A stretch of 63,527 bases of DNA, filler included, from Octopus bimaculoides (Eukaryota): NCBI RefSeq assembly GCF_001194135.2. It is 6 parts of 5 records of this genome, joined end to end, with 100 filler letters (N's around TTAATTAATTAA, not from the genome) between each part and the next. Parts side by side here need not be neighbours in the genome. Positions count along the whole stretch, not along the records: positions 31,246 to 39,059 come from NC_068991.1; positions 39,160 to 51,737 come from NC_068986.1; 4 more parts are not named here. The stretch is one strand, 5' to 3'. The translations under genes and the position numbers were made by a program. Under the pieces are notes generated by a model. It was given only the letters and a program-made list of their open reading frames with translations. It searched no databases and was not told where the DNA came from. This document shows positions 35,796 to 48,705 of the stretch, one piece after another (the first letter of the stretch is position 1; the number at the start of each line of letters is the position of its first letter).

Positions 35796-36857
35796 GTATA
35801 ATTGTATCTTCATACCCATGTATGAGCTTTTTTAGTTTATTTCTTAAAAGTTTGGTTCATTGGGAGAGAATGTTCCTGTACGATAACGCAAACCCTCTGA
35901 GACAGCTGGGATCAGCGAATAAATTTAATGGCTGCATAAACTTAAGGGATGCAGGGGGAAAAAATCATCAATAGAAAGGAAATCACCAGGAAATCTCCGT
36001 AGGGATGACTTTCTAAGAAGAAAAAGCAAAGATGAGTAAGTCGGGGTGCGCGTAGATGAAGACGGGTCGATATCAGCCAAATTCAATGAACAGATGTATT
36101 GGTAAACCTGTAGAGACAGATACATAAAGCCAGAGAGATAGAAAGATAAACAGACAGAAAGAGAGCAAAAGAGAGTGAGAGAGAGAGAGAAAGAAAGGGA
36201 AAGCAAAAGAAGGGAGAGATGCAGCGTCTGTGTGGATCAAAGGTTCGTATGTTTAGTTCGGTAACTTTACAACATTCCCTCTGGTGATTATTTCTTGGAT
36301 TCTGTCTAGGATATTTGTATGTAGAGCAGCAAGTCTGTCCAAACGTAGAAAAAGTAATCCATTGTGTATCTACTTTTAGTTTTCTGTATGGAAAATTAAG
36401 TGTAATCTAGCGAGAAAGATGATTATGTATGCTAGTTGAATCTGTTTTTAAACGCGTGCAATGGAAACCCAAAATAATTTCTTTATATACAGCTATCTGG
36501 TATCATAATACCAGAGACACAGACAGTCTTTAGGGAAAAAGATCCATTGGGTTACTTAATCAGAGTGGATCGGCAGATGCAAGTTCGTCGTTGGTGAAGG
36601 TGCAAGTCGAAGAGGCCTTGGATGCCTACGTGGTTTTCATTGTGATATGAGTTATGGTGTTTAGGCAGCATTAGTAGATTTTGACATTGTTTCTGTTGTA
36701 TGTATGTATGTATGTATGTATGTATGTATGTATGTATGTATGTATGTATCTATCTATCTATCTAACAATATATATATAGTATAACAAAATATACCACTAT
36801 GTGCACATGAATCGATGTATGTATAGACACATATAAATTGGTATATATGCATGTAAG

Positions 36858-36898
<41 letters not shown>

Positions 36899-37478
36899 GT
36901 ATGTGTGTGTATGTGAGTATGTCTGTGTCAGTGTGTATCACTATAAACGCATACGTACACATATACATATATCTTACATTTATAAATGTATAAGCGTATG
37001 TGTGTGTGTCTGTGTGTGTGTGTATGATTGTGTAGTGGATAGGATTTTGACTGAACGTGGGCATGTGTGTGTATGTATATATGTGCATCTCACTGGGCAG
37101 TGTGTGACTCTATCGTTATTTCTACCTCCATGTATGTGACTATCACTTCATATATAATTCCTTCTTAAATACAAAGCCGCATTATGCTAATATTAATTGC
37201 TTTCTTATAATGAAAGATCTCCCCGTATTGCATGGACATGTTATGACGGCGGTGGCACACTGTTTCCATATAACAAAAAAAAAACAAACGATTAACAGTA
37301 ATAGTGTCCTTACATGTAGGGGATGTATCTATACCGCACGTGCACAGATATTGACATGGACAATGAAAAAAGTGCACAGGTACACACACACGTCTCTATA
37401 CGTGTGCAGTTCGGACGTGTGTGTGCGTTCACATCTTTACGTATATATATATATACGTATATGTATGTGCACACACGA

Positions 37479-37509
<31 letters not shown>

Positions 37510-37685
37510 TTCTTTGTAAGTCTAGTACTTAAACTATCGGTCTCTTTTGCCGAACCGGTTGGTTCCGGGGGACGTAAAAACACCAACATCGGTTGTCCAA
37601 CGATAATGGGGCCAGAAACACAGACGCACAAATACATACACACACACACACACACACGCACACATACACACACACAAACACACAT

Positions 37686-37774
<89 letters not shown>

Positions 37775-38432
37775 TATTCACGTATGTACATATAGAGATA
37801 TGCATGCGTGTGTAAAAATAGCTGCATTAATGTACTTTTATGTATATATGACCTAAATATGCTCAGGCAATTTGATGATACATCTATATTTCAATAATAA
37901 AAATAGTAATAGCAATAATAATAGTAATAATAATAACAACAACAACAATAATAATAATAATAATAATAATAATGATAACAGCAAAATCAAAACGAGAGTA
38001 ACAAAAGAAACAATAACAAAAACGACCATTGTAACATAGTCTTCAATATGTGTATGGAGATAATATTGGTGAAGGTGGGGAGAAAGGGACTGAGACACAG
38101 GATGAGGCAGAATGGGAGAGTGAGAGGAGGAGAGTGAGAGGAGAGAGTGAGTGAGAGAGAGAGAGGGAGAGAGAGAGAGAGAGATATGTAAGAAAGGCAG
38201 AAGAAAGGAAAGATATGAGGAGAAAGAGAGAAAGTAATAAAGGGAGTTGAAAAGGATGAAGGAGAAAATAATGGTATTTGATAACTCATAACTTACAAGA
38301 ATGGGAGAAACAGAGAGAGAAAGTGGGTGAGAGAGAACCATACAGACAAACAGACAGAAAGAGTGCGAAACAATGAGATTTGTAGAAAGGAAGCGACCCA
38401 AATGAACGTATATATGCATTATTTTCTACTCT

Positions 38433-38643
38433 GTTCTACTCTAGGCACAAGGCCCGAAATTTGGTGGGAGGGGGCTAGTCGATTAGATCGACCTCAGTAC
38501 ATAACTGGTACTTAATTTATCGTTCCCGAAAGGATAAAATGCAAAGTCGACCTCGCTGGAATTTGAACTCAGAGCGTAAAGATGGACGAAATACCGCTAA
38601 TCATTTCGCCCGGCGGGCTAACGTTTCTGTCAGCACACCGCCT
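38433..38643 (-). mobile_element. SINE F3
   Basis: Full F3 body; TATATGCA occurs on both sides (possible short TSD). Confidence 0.85.
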
Positions 38644-38999
38644 TTTATATGCACACATACATGCATTAAAACTGTCCGTTCTGTGGCTATTGAGTTGTTT
38701 TAACTCTTATTTCTAGCAGTACTGATGCTGATTAGTGTCCTTTTTGATTTTAGCAACGTATATATTTCTGCCTTGAGTTCTAAAATTGTGAATTCAACAT
38801 CGATGATATATATTATATATATACGACAATTGAAGAGGCTGCAAGAGGTAACGAAAGTTTTAGACAAAATAAATAAGTAAATGAGTGAAAATCGAACCTG
38901 TGAGTGTGTTAAGTAATAGGCATTAAAATTGAATGTCTCTCCCCAGACACAATAATATATATATATATGTATGTACATGTATGTATGTGTGTGTATATG

Positions 39000-39059
<60 letters not shown>

Positions 39060-39159
39060 NNNNNNNNNNNNNNNNNNNNNNNNNNNNNNNNNNNNNNNNN
39101 NNNTTAATTAATTAANNNNNNNNNNNNNNNNNNNNNNNNNNNNNNNNNNNNNNNNNNNN
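39060..39159. other. Artificial assembly spacer
   Basis: 44N-TTAATTAATTAA(39104-39115)-44N. Confidence 0.95.
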
Positions 39160-39322
39160 TTATATTATATTATATTATATTATACTACGTAGTTTATCTC
39201 ACTGTACCGACCAGACGATCAGCTTATGATTTAAAAAAAAACGCTTATATAATAACAAAAAAACCCAACTTTTCTTATAAAAATAACCTAAACATAAAGC
39301 TAAATTACCGATTTTGATAATT

Positions 39323-39900
39323 TCATTCCATAAAACCACCATAAGCATCAATAACTACCTCTAAGCGGGGTCGAAATCGCTTGCAAGTTGGGATTAAGTG
39401 AGCCTTGTTCATATCGGACATGACTCGAACTATGGCGGCTTTCAAAGAATCCTTGGTTGCTATAAAGGTGTTCATTGACATTTTTCTCAACGATGCTGCA
39501 TACATACTAGTCCAGTGGATTGAGATCTGGGGAATTCGGAGGTCAAATGTTGGGGGTCGTGTGATCATGCAAGTTGTCGGCCATCCATTCTTGTGTCATT
39601 TGAGCCTTGTGTGATGGGTCAGAATCTTGTTGAAAGACATAAGGCTTTCCATTGCATACACTGTCGATCCAAAACTTAAGAACCTTATCCAGAACCTCAT
39701 ATACGCAGCAGCATTCACCCTAAGGCCTTGTGGAAAAAAATGAGGAGGCATCACATGTCCTTCATTGTTAACAACAACCAAAACCATAACACTTGCAGAA
39801 ATCTAGTGTGCATTATTTTTGGAATTTCAGAAGGGTCTGCACATAGCCATCTGTCATTTCTTCTGTAAGTTTTCTGGTCTTGGTCAAAGGTTTTCTCATC
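39323..39900 (-). pseudogene. Tc1/mariner superfamily transposase relic, maT (DD37D) type
   Basis: YVFQQD-SDPSHKAQMTQEWMADNLHDHTTPNI*PPNSPDLNPL-D: 37 positions between the last two Asp; upstream VMVLVVV.NEG..MPPHFF..GLRVNAAAY. Confidence 0.8.
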
Positions 39901-39960
39901 TGGGCAAGAATCTTCTTCTATAGCCTCGGACCGACCAAAGCCTTGTGAGTGGATATGGCA

Positions 39961-40004
<44 letters not shown>

Positions 40005-40437
40005 NNNNNNNNNNNNNNNNNNNNNNNNNNNNNNNNNNNNNNNNNNNNNNNNNNNNNNNNNNNNNNNNNNNNNNNNNNNNNNNNNNNNNNNNNNNNNNNN
40101 NNNNNNNNNNNNNNNNNNNNNNNNNNNNNNNNNNNNNNNNNNNNNNNNNNNNNNNNNNNNNNNNNNNNNNNNNNNNNNNNNNNNNNNNNNNNNNNNNNNN
40201 NNNNNNNNNNNNNNNNNNNNNNNNNNNNNNNNNNNNNNNNNNNNNNNNNNNNNNNNNNNNGACAACCGATGTTGGTGTGTTTACGTCCCCGTAACATAGC
40301 AGTTCGGCAAAAGAGACCGATAGAATAAATACTAGGCTTACAAAGAATAAGTCCTGGGATCGATTTGTACGACTAAAGGTGGTGCTCCAGCATGGCCGCA
40401 GTCAAATGACTGAAACCAATAAAAGAATAAAAGAATA
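39900..40437 (+). mobile_element. SINE F1, 5'-truncated, gap in central (TA)n
   Basis: TGGGCAAG..CTTCTATAGCCTCGGACCGACCAAAGCC; gap 40005-40260; 3' half follows. Confidence 0.8.
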
Positions 40438-40570
40438 ATTACATTCATAAATATGTGTTTTAGAAATTTGTGTGTGTGTCTGTGTGTGTGTGTGTATACA
40501 AATGTAGAAACGAATACATAGACATATACATAGATTTATATATATAATATACAAAAATACATATCTTCGG

Positions 40571-40901
40571 TTATTCGGTAAGCGGTGCCGATTTTACACT
40601 TCTGTAAATAATATTTCATAAGCTTAAAGCTGTCACGGTGCATTGACTAAGGTTAGTATTCTAATATTGAGGCATATAAACCCTCGACAGAAAAATGTGT
40701 TTGTCGTACGGATGGGACACGAACTCACACCTCTATGTATTCGCGACCAGTTTGCTACCGTTACACTAACGTACCCCTAGCTTCATTCCGTCATATTTAA
40801 GAACTATAATTTCATAGTGTCGTTTTTTATAAGCAAACTTACCATGTACGTTTTCTGCAATTATTCGGTAAGCGGCGCCGATTTTACATTTCTACAAATA
40901 A
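40571..40901 (-). mobile_element. Unclassified element: 41-bp direct repeats at 290-bp spacing enclosing a tRNA-like sequence
   Basis: TTATTCGGTAAGCGG(T/C)GCCGATTTTACA(C/T)TTCT..AAATAA at 40571 and 40861; minus-strand 73-nt tRNA-like segment 40776-40704. Confidence 0.7.
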
Positions 40902-41059
40902 GTTATTTAGACGAATGCATGTAGGGCTGTATATTATAATCTCTATAATTATATCAATAACTATGTTTATGAATCTATGAATCTATGTATCTATTTATCT
41001 ATACATACGTCTCTGTCTGCCTCCTGTCACGCTCTCTCTTTCTCGCTCTTACTCTTCCT

Positions 41060-41099
<40 letters not shown>

Positions 41100-41640
41100 T
41101 TATATGTGTGTGTGTATGTATACATTTTCACACACGCGTCCACACAAACATATATACATACTGTATTTTAACTACATTGGTTTGCATAAATATTTATTAA
41201 TAATTTAACCACGTCGCTAACAACCACGTAGCATGAAGTTTAGTTTACCAATTAGTGCTTGTGATTGATTTGAATAGCGATTAGCTAAAAAAAAAAGTTT
41301 TTTACGAGCAGATTGTTGATGAGTATTTGATATTTGATGCGTGATCAACAGACAGTAATATTAGGTCAATCTCATTAATTTTTTTTTTTGCTTATGAAGA
41401 GAATAACAAAATATATTTATAACTGTATAAAGGAACATCGCAAATGCTTTTAAAACAATAGTTCAGCGACTTTTAATTTATCAATGCCTAATACTGCACG
41501 GTGTGTTGTGAACAATTTATCATACATGAATGTATGTCTCTTCTATTTTTTAATTATTATAAATCTTCCACTGAGGAGGGAGCCAGTTTCCAACAAAGAT
41601 ACAAGACCTTATCTTTGGGATGTAGTTAACACAGACAAAT

Positions 41641-42100
41641 TTACATTTGGAACTTGAGAAAAGTGTTGCATATTTTTACTGTTCCACTCACATATTGCAC
41701 TTGTAATGTACGAATTAGACCATCGATTTCTCTTTCTGAAAATCCTAGTTTATCCAGATTCTCCTTTAAACATTTACCAACAAAACCTAGTGCTCCAATT
41801 ATTATTGGTATGAATATGAATTCATAATCTGGATATAGAAGCTGGAGGTTTCGATACAGTTGGGAATATTCCACCAGTATTCATTGAGTTGGTGTTTATG
41901 AATGTATTCCATAACAGAGGGATTTTCTGAGTTTATTTCAGGACAGACTTTTTTGTTGTTCCATTGCCAGTTATGCTTCAAGTCATGCCCCACAGTTGCC
42001 TCTCTTGTCACTCACGCCTTTAGCAACCTCTTCCTACAAACAGTCATTTCAGCACGCGTTGTTCGTCTGAGACATCTTTGTTCTTTTGTTTCTCCGCTTT
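41641..42100 (-). pseudogene. RLE-type non-LTR retrotransposon C-terminal relic
   Basis: EYWWNIP .. YSQLYRNLQLLYPDYEFIFIPIIIGALG..L.KLG..LQVQ.VSGTVKIC resembles the end of restriction-like-endonuclease retrotransposon ORFs (R4/NeSL/HERO-like). Confidence 0.6.
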
Positions 42101-42144
42101 CTTTCTTCCCTCTTCAATTCTTTCTGTACCAAATATGTATATAT

Positions 42145-42522
42145 AGCTGTGTGGTAAGTAGCTTGCTTACCAACCACATGGTTCCGGGTTCAGTCCCACT
42201 GCGTGACACTTTGGGCAAGTGTCTTCTACTATAGCCTCGGTCCGACCAAAGCCTTGTGAGTGGATTTGGTAAACAGAAACTGAATAAAGCCCATCGTATA
42301 TGTATGTATTTATGTGTGTGTCTGTATTTGTCACCCCGCCATCGCTTGACAACCGATGTTGGTGTGTTTACGTCTCTGAAACGTAGCGGTTCAGCAAAAG
42401 ATATCGATTGAATAAGTACTAGGCTTACAAAGAATAAGACCTGGGGTTGATTTCTTCGACTAAAGACGGCACTCCAGAATGGCCGCAGTCAAATAACTGA
42501 AACAAATAAAGAATAAAAGAAT
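42145..42522 (+). mobile_element. SINE F1, near full length
   Basis: GCTGTGTGGTAAGTAGCTTGCTTACCAACCACATGGTTCCGGGTTCAGTCCC through the 3' tail; inverted F1 3' end follows at about 42595-42712. Confidence 0.9.
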
Positions 42523-42534
42523 ATATATGCATTC

Positions 42535-42565
<31 letters not shown>

Positions 42566-42704
42566 TGTATGTATGGATGGATGGATGGATGGATGGATAT
42601 TCTTTTATTCTTTTTCTTATTTCAGTTATTTCACTGCAGCCTTTCTGGAGTAGCGTCTTTAGTCGAAGAAATCGACCCCAGGTCTCATCTTTTTGTAATC
42701 CTAG

Positions 42705-42740
<36 letters not shown>

Positions 42741-44849
42741 CATACATACATACATACATACATGCATATATATATAAATATAAATATAAATATATATATA
42801 TATATATTTACTTGAAGAATGGAGCAACAAATACAAGAAAAAGCATTTTCGTTGGACTAGATAGCCGTTGTTTTATTATGTGGGGCTTGTGAAATGAGTC
42901 AGTGTGGAGGTTTAGGTTATGTAATGAGTTATTTTGTATATTATGTCATAGTCACTTACGCACGTTTCGATCCAGCCAGTAGTTTGGCCGATCTCTTCAG
43001 AGTGTTAAAGGGTATATTCAAATTTGTGGTGTGCGAAATGTAAGAGAAGTAATTATTGGGTGTAGTATATATATATATATATGATATTTACCACGTGAAC
43101 TACGATGAAAATATATGAGAAATATATGGTATATAATTTTTTTTCTGCAGAGGTTCCTTGAAGCATGTAATTTATTTTAGGGGTTACGCAAGGGTAAAAA
43201 GGTTGAGAAACACTCCTCTACGGCAACGAATCGGGCTGAAATAATTTTCTGATATAGGCACAAGGCCTGTAATTTTAAAGGGAAGGAGTTATTCATACTA
43301 TCGACCCTAGTACTTGACTAGTGCTTTATTTTATCGACACTAGAGAGATGAGTGACAATATTGACCTCAGTAGGATTTGAGCTCAGAACGTGAAGGGCCA
43401 GAACGAATGACATAACACAAATTATCCGACGCTCTAACGAATCTGACAGCTCGCTTCTTTAATTGGACTGGAATAAAAAGAAGTCACCAAAAGATTACGT
43501 ACTTGTTATAAGGTGTTTGATTGGTTCAGTAGTTAGAGAGTTGGGTAAAGTGCTTTGCAATATCTGTTCTGGCTCTCAGCGCTATAAGTTCATATCCCAC
43601 CGAAGTCAACTTTACTTTTCTTCGTTTTGGGACGACAGTCAGGAACTGTAATTCATTCCCTTTCTACCAGGCTTAAAATTCTTATGGCAGGTTGTATGTC
43701 ACAATGATGCTCTTATCACTCAGTCAATAACTGAGTTCACTGCACAAGTATACATACACACATAAATTTACACATGGTTCTTTTTTATATGTAATGTTTT
43801 AAACTCAAATGCTTTTAGTTCTATGGATCAAATGTAAATAACCCACTGATTAAAAACAACTTTGATCAAAAGTATTCCAGTTATAAGCAACACCTCTTTT
43901 ATTCATATATATATATTCATATATATAGTGTACATTGAACTATATTGTTCAGATGGGAGGATGTTAGTTGAAGGAAGCTTGGTTACTATTTCTAGCAAAA
44001 CGTGTAATTACATGAATTGACTTTATGTGTATTGCATACCTTTATATTATGTATCTTATAGTTTATTAATATTATTTTATCTATGGAAGTCGTCATTTTC
44101 GAAAGGTTAAGCAATTCACTTCACAATCATGATATCCCGAGTTTAATTCTACTGCGTTACGTTTTTTGGTGTCTACTAGCATAATTTCGAGTCAGTGCAA
44201 TCCTCGAGAGTAAAGTGGAGTCAATGGAAACTGTAATTTAAACGTATAGCACTTATTAAGTATCGTGCCACTTTGATTCGTTCTGACAATTACGCTACAA
44301 ATAAATGTGTCTGAGAAATACTCCAACATTTATACGTTAAATAACTGCGTAGTTTAGTCGGTCGAACAACTATATACTCGTCGTCGAAACTGACTGAGGA
44401 TCTATCAACATCTTAACATGTGTGTTGTCTTATAGTTTAAGGTGAGCCGTCAGCTAATATTTTGTTCGTGTTGGTACAAATATAATTCTTTAAGCTTACA
44501 TCATGGTTCGTAAGATTATGCAGGTTTACATCATACAGATGTTGTCAAATTTACATTTTCGATTTTAACATTGCTAACTTGGTATTTATAAATCTAAACC
44601 TATATGTGACAGACCTATTTACGACTAAGCTTCAGTTACGAACTGAATCTGCTCACAGCAGGTCAAATTCGTTAAAACCTTCGAAAGAAATGCCACAGAT
44701 GAGCAAGCTACTAAATATGCTACTAAAATTTATACAACAAAGACTTTAGGATTTAATACAGAAGAATCGATTAAAATATCGGAGCTGTAGAAGAAAATTG
44801 ATCAAAGATAGCACCAAAAGACTGCATAGGCATATTAGTGTATTAAGAA

Positions 44850-46040
44850 GTAAATAATGAATGGAAAATCGTTAAATAAACTATAATGTTCGATCCTTGG
44901 ATGACAATAAGCATGGGAAACAAAGAAATCTCCACTGTAATAAAAAAAACTGATGATCCACACAACTGTTTCCCTTTTGGGGCTGTGGACTTAAACCGCC
45001 GCCCCATTTTGCATAACAACTTGGTCCTGGGGAACATCTAGTGAGGTCCCTTTGTTGCAAGCATTGTAGTCGATTCTCAGATGTGACGATAATATATTCT
45101 TTCCTGTCTGCTACTAATTTCAGAATCTCTAAAAAGATTCATATACGTTACCGTTCCGTCTCAGACTAAACAATCCATTGTCGTCACATGGAAATGACTT
45201 TAGGCTTGCGTGCATGCATCATGCTTTTACTTATTATTTTAAATGCCTATGTGGCTGTAAGCAGACATACACACCCTCTTATCCCGACAGAATAGTGTAG
45301 ATGTAACTGCTAGAGAGAGAGAGAGAGAGAAAGGGCTGTCCCAGCATCCGGTTGGTACTCATTTCAGCTGAGTAAACTAGAGCAAATGAAATAAAGAACA
45401 TTCCTCAATAGTATGATACACCGCCGGATACAGAGATCGAACTCAGACCTTATGATGGTTATCCCAACCCTCCCACCACAAGGTTACTACCCTTCATTCT
45501 AAGAGACAGTAATAGTAAAAATATAAATCTCGAAAAGTTTTGCAGAACACACAACAGTAAAAACAAAACAATATCTTCGTCACAAAACGAAATCTGTTTT
45601 ACTATTTTAGTGAGTGGACACAAGAACTACTGAATAACAGTATTTAATGCTGTAAAATGCAAACAATGTTGAGATATGATGTTGAGCCATTCAACATTAT
45701 TGAAATAAATATCATTGCAGCAAATTATATTCGAATATGTTGGGCGATTCAACATTTTTAAACAACCGTTATTGGAACACGGTGTTAGGTGGCTCAAGGA
45801 AATCGCAACAGAAAATCCAAACATTATTAAATGTACTGCAAATATGTTTGCAATGCTAACAGGTCTTGTAATAATAGGAAGGCAAATCCAGATACACCCA
45901 ACTAAAAATTCGCTTCAACTGCTTAACTGCAAAACTTTTGGTTTTAAGAGAAGCAACTCCTTGTCATAGGAAATTTATTAAACGGTTAAACATGTACTGT
46001 GTTTACTAGAATACATGGCATCAAGTAAGACTGAAGAATC
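44850..46040 (+). pseudogene. Highly decayed second-type PLE (RT and GIY-YIG remnants)
   Basis: KYHC, YVGR..LLEH..WL and LLVLREA..CHRKFIK are compatible with a GIY-YIG end; the RT DD-like stretch near 45085 is weak. Confidence 0.35.
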
Positions 46041-46116
46041 GATCTATAATTGAAGGAGCCAAGTACAAATGATATCACTGACGCCAGTTTTAATCGAAGA
46101 ATGTGTCACCTAATAA

Positions 46117-46334
46117 TCCTTTCTCCTAAAGGCACAGGGCCTGAAATTTGGTGGGAAGAGGATAAGTCGATTACATCGACCTCAGTGCATAACGGGTACT
46201 TATTTCATCGCCTCTGAAAGGATAAAAGGCAAAGTCACCTCGGCGAAATTTGAACTCAGAACGTTAAGACGGATGAAATGCTGCTTAGCATTTTGCCCGA
46301 CGTGCAAACGAGTCTGCCAGCTCGCCGCCTTGAC
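46117..46334 (-). mobile_element. SINE F3 with 14-bp TSD
   Basis: GTGTCACCTAATAA at 46103-46116 and 46335-46348. Confidence 0.9.
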
Positions 46335-47077
46335 GTGTCACCTAATAACATTAACCGTTTGCCTGTGTACCTCATGCGATACACAGGACATATTTCCTTT
46401 GCATCATATATAATATATATTCCCAATTTTTTTTTTCTACCACTAGTATAATCTTGGACTTATGAAAGGGAAGCTTTATATTACTCAGAGCTGAAATAAA
46501 GATAAACAAAAATCTGGAAACAAGCATAGCCGTTAAAGATAAATTTATGAAAATGCTTTGGACAGGCCAAGGGTTAAAGTTATTGACAGGTATAATGGTT
46601 GCGACGATGAGGGTTCCACTTGATCCGATCAACGGAACAGCCTGCTCGTGAAATTAACGTGCAAGTGGCTGAGCATTCAACAGACACGTGATCTCAGAGT
46701 GAGAAGTACCGGAACGGATACCACAAATTATCCGACGCTAAAACGACTTTTCTACTTCTCCACCTTATGTATCAATTAAATATGTTGATAACTATATTTT
46801 ACCACTAAAGTACAAAGGATACTGAAAAAAAAGTAAACGTACTTAGATTTATTAACAAAATTAATATACCATAACTGCTGGAAAAGAAAATATAGATCTG
46901 GCCATAGCATGGAGTGATTAATAACAGAAAGATCTTCTACTTAAGTTATTATTCTTGGATGAACGAATACTTAGAGATGATAGAGATATCACGGAATATA
47001 TATAAGTTGGTTGTGGAGTATGAGCAAATGTAAAATAAATTTACTTTTGTAAAGATGTAGGAAATATTCAAATTCTT

Positions 47078-47279
47078 TTCTACTCTAGGCACAAGGCCCG
47101 AAATTTGGGGGGCGAGGCCAGTCGATTAGATCGACCCCCAGTACACAACTGGTGCTTAATTTATCTCAAAAGGATGATAGAAAAAGTCGACCTCGGTGGA
47201 ATTCGAACTCAGAACGTAAAAACAGGCGAAATACAGCTAAGCATTTCGCCCGGTGTGCTAACGTTTCCACCAGCTCGCT
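47078..47279 (-). mobile_element. SINE F3, first of tandem pair
   Basis: Full F3 body. Confidence 0.88.
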
Positions 47280-47297
47280 TTCAAATTAATGGAGAAA

Positions 47298-47502
47298 TAA
47301 TTCTTTATTTACTCTAGGCACAAGGCCCGAAATTTCGGGGGAGGGGGCAGTCGATCAGATCGACTCCAGTATACGACTGGTACTTATTTAATCTACCCCG
47401 AAAGGATGAAAGGCAAAGTCGACCTCGGCGGAATTTGAACTCAGACGAAATGCCGCTAAGCATTTAGCCCGGCGTGCTAACGTTTCTACCAGCTCGCTGC
47501 CT
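47298..47502 (-). mobile_element. SINE F3, second of tandem pair, 12-bp TSD
   Basis: TTAATGGAGAAA at 47286-47297 and 47503-47514. Confidence 0.9.
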
Positions 47503-48634
47503 TTAATGGAGAAACTATTGAGTTGATGCTATATCTGTATGTATGTCATGACCTTTTTTTGCAGTCTCCAAGACTGAGCGAGGAATAATGAGGATAACAT
47601 ATCTTAGTCTGGAACAAATACTTTCAACAAAATGGTTTCTGCTGAATGTAATGTGGTGGTGGTGGTGGTGGTAGTAGGGTTAAATCGAGAGAAACAGGAG
47701 ACAGACTAAATCTGCCACATAAAAGTAAATCCCTTTCTGTTTATGGATGATCGTGGAAAATATTAAGATACTATTACGAGATATGAAAATCATAAACCTA
47801 GCGAGTCAGATACAGAAGACAATAAATTTTCAGTTATAACAGCACTAATATAAGATAAGGATATCCAACATGAAGGAACACTTTAGAAACAATACTACAG
47901 AGGGTTAAAATTATTGATTAAACTTAAGCTAAAAGATTAAATTAATATCCTATCCATTAACATAAGGCTCATAAATTTTGGATCGGAGTGCAACAGGGTA
48001 ATCCTAAAATCGAAAAAGAAGAATTGGTTTAGATAAGAAAATTCGAAAATTTATTGCCCGATGTAGAGAATTACGTCCCCAAAGTCATTGTAAGTAAAGG
48101 AGAGGAAAATCCACTAAATTGTGACTAATATAAATAGAAAGTAGAAACTAGTTGTTAGTTCTGACAGAATAGATATATAATAAAAGGCGTTCCAGCTGTG
48201 ACCTTTCTGTCTTTTGTACATCTGGGATTATATTATCCTTTTTCACAGTAATAAGCTGTGATCTGATATAGATTTATCCCCTATTTTTGATAGGCCAACT
48301 AACCACGAAAACGATCCCGAATTGTCACCGTAAAATATAGAGTGTAGTAATATTGTACATCGCGAATAAAGGGGAAATAATGTTTGAAGTGAAAATGGCT
48401 TCAAATTTTGACACAAAACCAGCAGTTTTAAGGGAGGAATATTTTTTCGACCCCGAAAGCATTTAAGATAATAAGCTAGAATTGTTAAGATTAACGAGTG
48501 TGCGGTACCAGGCTAATTCAAGAGAAGATAACCTGAAACACATTAACGCAGAGAAGATTTTGCACGAACAGAAATATATGGAGTTATCTTTTCTTTTCTC
48601 TCTTTCTCTCTCTCTCACTCTCTCTCACTCTCTC

Positions 48635-48705
<71 letters not shown>

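Noticed and set aside
35925-36110. Minus-strand exon after a strong acceptor, or a 33-nt plus-strand microexon
   Set aside because: The pyrimidine tract is a CT microsatellite; peptide unrecognisable; the plus-strand acceptor lacks a pyrimidine tract.
46025-46060. CTGAAGA after the PLE-like relic as a hammerhead
   Set aside because: No GAAA and no convincing stem II.
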